A stretch of DNA of 64,000 nucleotides from an uncultured Bacteroidales bacterium. GTDB taxonomy: Bacteria > Bacteroidota > Bacteroidia > Bacteroidales > Paludibacteraceae. This document shows, piece after piece, positions 10,372 to 17,800 of the stretch; the stretch's first letter is position 1, and each line of letters opens with the position of its first letter. The DNA lies in the NCBI GenBank assembly GCA_902774075.1, contig CACYGT010000001.1:7820-71819 (forward strand), in the 5' to 3' direction. The position numbers and the translations under genes are program-made. The notes beneath the pieces are model-generated. The model did not search any database, was not told where the DNA came from, and was given only the letters and a program-made list of their open reading frames with translations.

Positions 10372-10515
10372 ATGAGCAAGAGAATGTATATTTCCCCGAT
10401 AGTTGAAGTGCTGAACGTGCTGACAACTGAAGTTATGCAGGATCATGCATCCACCGGTGGCAAGCCGGAAGGACCCACATCTGTGATAACACTCAAAGGT
10501 TTTGCTATTGAGTAA
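10372..10515 (+). CDS. Micro-ORF (47 aa), MSKRMYISPIVEVLNVLTTEVMQDHASTGGKPEGPTSVITLKGFAIE, paired with the upstream giant gene
   Basis: Hand-translated. ATG lies 2 nt after the stop of 6305..10369 and is followed by a terminator homologous to the one at 6080..6120. N-terminal motif shared with the 5927..6058 micro-ORF. Confidence 0.5.
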   Translation: MSKRMYISPIVEVLNVLTTEVMQDHASTGGKPEGPTSVITLKGFAIE

Positions 10516-10538
10516 AAGGTCATAATCCAAGTATTCGC

Positions 10539-10576
10539 AAAAATCCCATATTCGCGAGAGCGGATGTGGGGTTTTT
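10539..10576 (+). terminator. Rho-independent terminator, homologous to 6080..6120
   Basis: AAAAATCCCATATTCG-cgagag-CGGATGTGGGGT followed by T5. Roughly 12-bp stem (10543-10554 / 10561-10572). Same layout as the first terminator, with paired substitutions that keep the stem intact. Confidence 0.75.
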
Positions 10577-10648
10577 GTATGCAACTTGGTGATTTTTTGT
10601 ATATTTGTTACACAAATAATACAATTTTGACTTTTTTTTCTTAAAAAA

Positions 10649-10680
10649 TTTGGCATTTTCAAAAAAAAAATGTAACTTTG
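10649..10680 (+). promoter_or_regulatory. Sigma-A type promoter (-33 TTTG, -7 TAacTTTG) for the 10708 operon
   Basis: TTTG at 10649-10652, 20-nt spacer containing A10, TAACTTTG at 10673-10680. The ATG at 10708 gives a short leader. Confidence 0.65.
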
Positions 10681-10707
10681 CACGCTTTTATGTGCAAAGG
10701 TTAACAA

Positions 10708-13527
10708 ATGAGTATGAAACGATTATATAAAATGGTTTATACATGCGCTCTTTTTTTAGGACTGAGCGCTGGTATTTATGCGCAAAAACCCGGAGAAGCC
10801 TGCGAGACGGCTATTGAAATGACAGAGGATTTTGCCGTACAGATTACCAAGCCTCAAACGGTGTGGTATTCGGCATGGACGTTCGATCTGCCATTGACGG
10901 TTCAGTTTGCCCCGCAGAACAACAACAAAGACCCCAAGTATGCGCCGGATGTGGAGATGGATTTTACTTGCACTCCCGGCTTTTATGAGGATACGATTTT
11001 GTGTCGTCTGTTCTGCGAGACAAGCGGTCAGAGTGGTATTTCTTATGACCTGCCGCATAAACCTAAGCTCAACACAAAGACTTTGGATGACGGAACATAT
11101 GTGTATTATCTTTCGTTAGGCAAGCAATATCGCGACCTGCTCTTGATGGTGGGTATCAGCTACAACATACAAGTATTCGTCAAAGTGAACTTCAAGTGCG
11201 CAGGCGAGTTGAGTCTGGCGCCGGATGATTTGTTCTCCAACTGTGTGGATGGCGCTAAGTTCATTCGCTTGGGTGATACAGTACAAGTAAAACCGCAAGA
11301 TAAGAAACGTCACGTGATTGTTCCTTACGTACAATGGCAGAACGATACGATCCGCTATAAATGGGAGGGCGCAAAACCTTGCACCTTGGCAATAGCGAAC
11401 AAATGCGATTTTGACCCGACGATATCAGATCCAGAAATTCTGGATAGCAGAGTGCTGAAAAACGGGGATTCCTTGACGGTTTCTTCTGCCTTGATGACGG
11501 AATATGTGAACAACCAAATAGACTATCCGAACGAAGCAGGTATGTACTTTGCTAAGTTCTATAGCGAAGAGGCCGGCACCATGCATATCGTTTTGGCTCC
11601 TCCTGCTCCTGTTCGCGGCGGTGCAACCTTATTGCGTCATAACAAGACCTACGCGCTAAATGCAAATGAGAAAGCGATTTTTGCCCTTCCGGATTATTGG
11701 AATGACAATACGATGCATACGTATTTCTCTACACCTACAGAACATACCTTCCGTATGACGATAGCCACCGATCCGGACTTCTCTCAAGAGCACGTATTGA
11801 AGACCTATCAATTCGAGCAAGCCTCGAGTGGACACTGGTTAGGTATCTTGGGTAAAGAGATGAAGACTTTGTGGGAAAAAACAAGTGAGAAATATCTCTA
11901 CGTGCGATTCGATTGCTCAGAGGCAACGACAATTTCGATTTCCAATTGGAATCCGTCATCCTGTCTTAAGAATACAGCCAACTATATTAATTCTTCAGAC
12001 ACCACCTTTACTGTACAAAGAGATTCTCGAGATGGAGTGTATAAACTGAATTATGCCAAATGGGTGGGAGGCGACATGATCCTTACTTTCTCTGTGAAAA
12101 ACGTCTGCAAGGTTTTTGTAGCGACGGATTGTAATATTACATTGGGAACCAATACCACAGAAGCTCCCAATCTGCTGTATTATAAGCAATTCACACAAAC
12201 AGTTGATAAAATTACCATAGCCGAACAAACTGTTGCTTCATGGGCCGAACGCGTGGATGAGGAAGGTTTTATCTACATGCGTATAAATCACACACTGCAA
12301 GGTTCCGGTTATAAAATACGTATCGAATCCAAGGCCCCGGCTGATGCGGATCCTGTTTATGAAAAAGCTACCCTATCTGTCGCGTGTGATGATAACAATA
12401 ACGTGGTTGTAAACGTAAGCGAATCGCAGTATGTAACCGTCAAAGATAATGCAGGCACTACGGTTGATTCATGGAATGCAACACCAGAGACGTCGCATGC
12501 GCTTGACCTGGATGCAGAAACCTACACCGTTATTGGATACGACGAAGAGATTACTATCAATCCTTCCGCTCACCGCGCTATCGTTCCGGCTCAACGTGCT
12601 GCAGGTACAACCGCGGATATGCCTACCCGCGTGACAGACACAACAGCACTAACCGTACAAAGCGGAAGTAACTATATTCGTCTGCAGCCTATCAACACGC
12701 CGGCGACTATTACCTATCTGCCGAAGGCTGCTTTTGGTACAAAGCCTTCTGCCTACATAGGAGAGGAAGAGATTGCAGCCCAAGCAGAGTTCGCAGATTG
12801 TGCTACGGCATGGAAATGGGGAATCACCCGTTTCGATGAAGCACAAACGATAGAGATCAAGGCGCATGAGTATGCCACAATCTTTGTAGAACCCTATGTG
12901 TGCCCAAGAAGCACTTTTGAGCAAATAGAAGCATGGGATAGTCTGGAATGGAGAGGAACTACCTATACTAAGGGCGGTAAATATGTGCTGCAGCACACGA
13001 ACGATCACGGTTGCGAGTGGAGCCATACATTGCAACTCACCATCCGCAAAGCCTCTTATTTCTGCGAGGGATTTAACTACGAGCATGATGAAAACGGAGA
13101 TGGCGTTCTTATTTCGTACAGACAATACATCTACGAATCGCCAGCGGAATGGGATTATATGGACGGTGTAGAATTGCAGCATGATGGCGGAAAAACATTG
13201 ATGGACTTGCATAAAGCGGAAGAGAACTTGTATAAACATTATACGGACAGCCTGATGCCGATCACAGCCATCTCGTGGAGTCACCGCCCTGAAGGCAAGA
13301 AGACCTACGAGCCGATTACGGTGGAAGACGAACCGCAATGGATAGAGGCCGGTTCACTGGCGCTGCGCTTGCAGTTCCTCTGCGGCGAGACGTACAGCAC
13401 GAGTTATGTGACGGACATCGATAACGTGGATGCAGATGCGACGCCGGTTAAGCGTATTGAGAACGGCCGCGTCATCATCCTCCGCGGTGGTGTCAGATAT
13501 GATATGCTGGGGAATGTAATTAAATGA
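10708..13527 (+). CDS. Secreted multidomain surface protein (939 aa) of the 'WY-domain / GC-x-S' family
   Basis: Signal peptide MSMKRLYKMVYTCALFLGLSAGIYA. N-terminal C..A......WY domain (GEACETAIE...TVWYSAW...FTCTPG). A C-proximal module, W.G.TYT.GG.Y....N..GC.WS..L.LTI. Terminal motif KRIENGRVIILRGGVRYDMLGNVIK, shared with neighbouring proteins. Confidence 0.85.
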   Translation: MSMKRLYKMVYTCALFLGLSAGIYAQKPGEACETAIEMTEDFAVQITKPQTVWYSAWTFDLPLTVQFAPQNNNKDPKYAPDVEMDFTCTPGFYEDTILCRLFCETSGQSGISYDLPHKPKLNTKTLDDGTYVYYLSLGKQYRDLLLMVGISYNIQVFVKVNFKCAGELSLAPDDLFSNCVDGAKFIRLGDTVQVKPQDKKRHVIVPYVQWQNDTIRYKWEGAKPCTLAIANKCDFDPTISDPEILDSRVLKNGDSLTVSSALMTEYVNNQIDYPNEAGMYFAKFYSEEAGTMHIVLAPPAPVRGGATLLRHNKTYALNANEKAIFALPDYWNDNTMHTYFSTPTEHTFRMTIATDPDFSQEHVLKTYQFEQASSGHWLGILGKEMKTLWEKTSEKYLYVRFDCSEATTISISNWNPSSCLKNTANYINSSDTTFTVQRDSRDGVYKLNYAKWVGGDMILTFSVKNVCKVFVATDCNITLGTNTTEAPNLLYYKQFTQTVDKITIAEQTVASWAERVDEEGFIYMRINHTLQGSGYKIRIESKAPADADPVYEKATLSVACDDNNNVVVNVSESQYVTVKDNAGTTVDSWNATPETSHALDLDAETYTVIGYDEEITINPSAHRAIVPAQRAAGTTADMPTRVTDTTALTVQSGSNYIRLQPINTPATITYLPKAAFGTKPSAYIGEEEIAAQAEFADCATAWKWGITRFDEAQTIEIKAHEYATIFVEPYVCPRSTFEQIEAWDSLEWRGTTYTKGGKYVLQHTNDHGCEWSHTLQLTIRKASYFCEGFNYEHDENGDGVLISYRQYIYESPAEWDYMDGVELQHDGGKTLMDLHKAEENLYKHYTDSLMPITAISWSHRPEGKKTYEPITVEDEPQWIEAGSLALRLQFLCGETYSTSYVTDIDNVDADATPVKRIENGRVIILRGGVRYDMLGNVIK

Positions 13528-14813
13528 AAGTACTGAGAGACATAGTAATCGTGATGGCGCTCGTTTGGGGTGCGATGAACGCGCAAGCACAGACGACGAT
13601 GGTGGCTGTACCTGCTTCGGCGGAGGACTCGTGCGACTTTTGGATTGACTGGTACAATGCGCAGTATTGGTTTTGCGATTGTCATTACCACTCTATCCCA
13701 TTTGCCTTCCCGCTGGACGAAGTGATTTCGGATACGGTGTGGTACAAAGCGACCTTTGATGACTTGCGTCAAGGTGTCACGGCGTTCTGGTTCTCGGATG
13801 TAGCGGTGACCTTAGAGGTCTATCCGCTCTGCGTCAGCACCTCGCCGGCTATCTCGCTCACGATAGGACCCAACCAGATGCACGAGATGGATGTGACGGA
13901 GATAAACGCACAAATAGATCAGATAGGAAACGTCGATTATCTGAAAGTGCTATCTCCTGCGATCCGCGTCTATCCGCACGACGGCGGCTCAGGACATGTC
14001 TATTGCTATCCGTATGGCTACGGTCCGGAGGCCAAGTGCGCCGATTCGCTCATTCTCCAACCGCGTATGACCTATGTCTGCTCGGCGCCGGAGAACGTCT
14101 ATCGGCTGAAGTATGACAAGATTGCATCGTCCGGCAAAGCTATTGTGCATTGGCAGCAAGATGACAACGCGCGTGCAGATATATGGTTCACGCGCGGCGC
14201 GTGCGAGGGAAACGAAGTAGCACGTCATACGCTGAGCGATTCGCTCCACGTATGGACCTTGGATCCTGCGATGCTCTTAGACGCGCGCGAGGCGAAGCAA
14301 GACCTCTGGCTGCATGTGAAGCACGAGAACGGCAAGACCGGACGCTTACGTTACTACGACAACCCGAAATATACAGACCCGGCTACGCCTATTACCATGA
14401 AGACCTGTCAGGGAAAGACCTTGAGTGCGAACGGGCAGACGTTTAGTGCCGACACCGCCTTCACAGATACCCTCTGGGTAGCACGTGACACGCTGCAGAC
14501 CGTAGATATATCGCTGACATTCACTGCGCCGGAGTTGGAATATGATACGGTTTGGATATCCGCTATCGAGCTTTCGCGCGGCTACCGCTATACAGCGTCA
14601 GGCACGATCTTCTACGAGTACGGCGACTCCATCGTGGAGATCAAGAAGAAAAATACTTGCACGCGCATTGTCCAAGTGACGCTGCTCAATCCGGAAGGAG
14701 TGGAGAGTATTACCGACGGACGACGCAAAGCATATAAGATGATAGAGAACGGGCAACTGTTTATCATCGTGGATGAAAGAAAATACAATGTCTTTGGACA
14801 ACAATATAACTAA
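13524..14813 (+). CDS. Secreted Cys-rich surface protein (429 aa), same family
   Basis: ATGA start/stop overlap with the upstream gene. Signal peptide ...GAMNAQA. DTVWYKATFDDL motif. Terminal motif KMIENGQLFIIVDERKYNVFG. Confidence 0.8.
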   Translation: MKVLRDIVIVMALVWGAMNAQAQTTMVAVPASAEDSCDFWIDWYNAQYWFCDCHYHSIPFAFPLDEVISDTVWYKATFDDLRQGVTAFWFSDVAVTLEVYPLCVSTSPAISLTIGPNQMHEMDVTEINAQIDQIGNVDYLKVLSPAIRVYPHDGGSGHVYCYPYGYGPEAKCADSLILQPRMTYVCSAPENVYRLKYDKIASSGKAIVHWQQDDNARADIWFTRGACEGNEVARHTLSDSLHVWTLDPAMLLDAREAKQDLWLHVKHENGKTGRLRYYDNPKYTDPATPITMKTCQGKTLSANGQTFSADTAFTDTLWVARDTLQTVDISLTFTAPELEYDTVWISAIELSRGYRYTASGTIFYEYGDSIVEIKKKNTCTRIVQVTLLNPEGVESITDGRRKAYKMIENGQLFIIVDERKYNVFGQQYN

Positions 14814-14846
14814 TTAATATTAATATTAACAAACATTATTAACAAC

Positions 14847-17800
14847 ATGAAAAAGTTTCTACTACTGACCATGGTTTCGATGATGACCGTCTTCGCGATG
14901 GCTATCGGTCGTAACGATGGTAGTACCAAAGCCAATGCTATTGACTTTGATTGGGACGGCGGTCATGTACAAGTAGGCGACACGGTCAAATGGTACCGTG
15001 TGGATCTTACTCCGCTCTACTCGGAGGAGAATCCGGCGCTGACACTGTATATGGTCAGCCAGAGCTTGTTGGACACGGTAGATTGTAAATTGAATGCTAC
15101 TGTGGCAGGCCAGTCTGAGGAGAAAACGTACACGATCATGCCGGGTAAGACAATGAGCTGGACGGCTAACGCCAGTATGCTCGTTCGTCTGAAACAGACG
15201 GAGGTGTACCTCACCCTTAAGACGACGCCGAGAAATGCAGATTCCGAGTCTGCACGTATCAAGCTGAGTGCTAAAGTGTATGATGCGATCGACTTGGATG
15301 AAGCTTGTAAGAATGCGAAGCTCTTCGACTGGACGAATGGTATCACGCAGAGCCGCGGCGCTATGCAGTGGTTCAAAGTGGACCTGAAGAAAGCGAAAGC
15401 AAAAGACAGTGTGGATGTCTGCATTGCTATCACGAACACCGGTTCGGGTACGCTCAACCTGCGTGCCGGTCAGTCGCTTGACTGCCCGTCATCCGGTATG
15501 ACCAAACGTTCCTTCGTGATCGCTGCCGGCAAGACCGTTTACGACACCATTCCTCTGTCCATGATTAAGAGTGTGGCTGCTGACGAACTCTATGTCACGT
15601 TCGACAACAACCAGCCTATCGCTGTGAAAGCTAACTATGTGGCTTGGCCGCCCGTGCCACTGCTCGATTGCGATGCAGTGACCTGGGATTCGCTGCCCGT
15701 AGTGACCAACCAGGTTCTAAACCCGGGTAAACACTACCTCAAGATCAATGTGCAGCAGATGAATGACTCGGCGAAGTATGAGCCGGAGTTCACCTTCCGC
15801 AACAATGGTGATGCAGATGCTACCATCAACCGTAAGATGTCGTTCGAGTGCCCTGTATGGGGTTGGCAAGGCGATGAGATTACGCTGGCTGCAGGCGCAG
15901 AGAAGATTGAGGTAATCAAGAAGAACGTAGTTGAGGGTATCACCGTACCGTATATCTACCTCGTTATCGAGAACGACCAGCCGTTTACCCTTATCGGCCG
16001 CTACAAACACGTTCGTGAAGGTAAGGCTTGTAAGAGTAATATCGACTTCAACTGGGAGACCGGTCATACGCAGGACGGTAAGACAACTCAATGGTATGCT
16101 ATCGACGTAACAGAGGCGAAAGATGATATCCGCGACATCAAGATCACGGTGAAGAACCTCGGTTATGACAAAGCAACAGTTAGTGCTTCCTTGGCATTCA
16201 GCTGCCCGTATATCGACCTTCAGGAGATCACTCGTACCTTGGCAAAAGATGAGTCGATTACCCGTAAGATCGGTTATTCGACCTACGCCATGATGTCCGA
16301 TACTATCTGGGTAGGTGTTACCACCGACCAGGATATCCAGATCTTGGCTGACACCTCTTCTATTGAGACCAAACCGGCAGACCCGAACGATCCGTGTTTG
16401 GAGGCTATTGAGTTCAACTGGGAAGACGGCGCAAAGCAGAGCGCAAATGATACCGTATGGTATAAGCTCGGTATGGACGAAGTACGTGAGTTGCAACAGT
16501 TCCCGACCATTTACGTACGTAACCTGAGCTCGGAGAACGAGGCAACGATCTACGGCGCATTGTCGTTGGAGTGCCCGGATACGATTCCTAACCAGGAGCG
16601 TAGTCTGAAGATTGCGAAGAACGGAACCTACTCGAAGAAGATCTCGCGTAACATGTTTGAGAACATCAAGCAGGATACGATCTATCTGCGCGTGGTTGCT
16701 ACAGAGGATGTTGCCTTTGAGATCCGTCTGACCGAAGAGGCCGAAGGTGCAAGCTGTACCTCTGCGATCCGTTTCAACTGGGTATCCGGTAATGACCAAG
16801 CAGCTAACGCGAACCTCTGGTACGCAGTTGACCTGCGCGAGGCTATGCAGAGCAACAAGGATATCCATATCAAGGCGGTGAACAAGGGTGATACCGTTTG
16901 TAAGGGTACAGTCGAGATGGCCTATACTTGTCCTTACGAGTCCACTCAGTCGGCTGGCTTTAAGATCAACCCGAAAGACTCTGTTACCAAGACGATGCCG
17001 CACAGCTCGCTGGAGACCTTGACCGACAGCACGCTTTATGTACGTGTATATGGTAACACACCACTGCACTTCGATGTACGCATGGTAGATCCTGCTCATT
17101 TCGATACCATCGAGTGCGCTGAGATTGAAGCTAACCTCACCGAGCTGAAGTGGAACACACTGTATACCCAGAAGACAGATACCGCTTGGTACCTGCTGAA
17201 GAAAGAGTCCTTGGATTCGCTCTTTAGCGGCGAAGTAACTCCGGAGGCACATGCATGGGATACACTCGGTCGTCCGATTAAGATTAAGGCTGAGATTGCA
17301 TACCACTGCCCGGTTACTGCTACGATGATGAACAAGCAGATCACTCTCACGGACGGTGAATATGTGAAGAAGATCGACCCGAGTACGGCTCAACAGCTGG
17401 CCGGTCGTGACACGGTTCTCGTTCGTATCATCACCGATGGCGCATTCAAGTTCGAGGCTCGCCTCGTATCGCCGTGGACCGGTAACAAACCGAAAGACGC
17501 TATCCGTATCGATTGGAACAAAGAGTACGTACAAGAGGCGAACACCATCATGTGGTATCGTATCCGTTCGTACGAACTCAAGCAACTGGAGAATCTGGAC
17601 GGCAGAAGCCTCCACGTCTTCTCGAAGAACCATGGAGGTAAAGCTACCATGGAGGTGGCTGTATATGAGGACATCGCTCAGACCGACAAAGAGGATATGA
17701 TCGAGTACTACACCGGTCGCAAAGAGGTTCGTAAGATCCCTGCAGGTCACACCGTAAGCAGAAATATCCCGTCGTACGTGATCAAGGGCTTGGCTGACAA

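Noticed and set aside
10661-10670. An A10 tract in the promoter spacer of the 10708 operon (and A8 at 6197-6204), considered as a slipped-strand phase-variation switch.
   Set aside because: A7-A10 tracts in the -33/-7 spacer occur in most promoters of this window, including those of housekeeping genes (31725, 39531, 42208). The tract is therefore a general promoter feature. Length polymorphism cannot be judged from one sequence.
10315-10707. A 130-aa minus-strand ORF across the 10369-10708 intergenic region. Similar ORFs lie at 5660..6061 and 5694..5981.
   Set aside because: They span terminators and promoters on the opposite strand, have odd composition and have no promoter of their own. 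The + strand micro-ORF, terminator and promoter explain the region.
15717-17750. A 677-aa ORF on the minus strand, entirely inside the 1728-aa gene. Similar long antisense ORFs occur at 18309..19478, 42610..43350, 54430..55296 and 57362..57946.
   Set aside because: These are shadow ORFs. The translations are R/L/V/H-rich and low in complexity, with no signal peptide or motifs. The sense strand has clear domain repeats and a CTD. The sense genes use few TTA/CTA/TCA codons, which keeps the antisense frame open.
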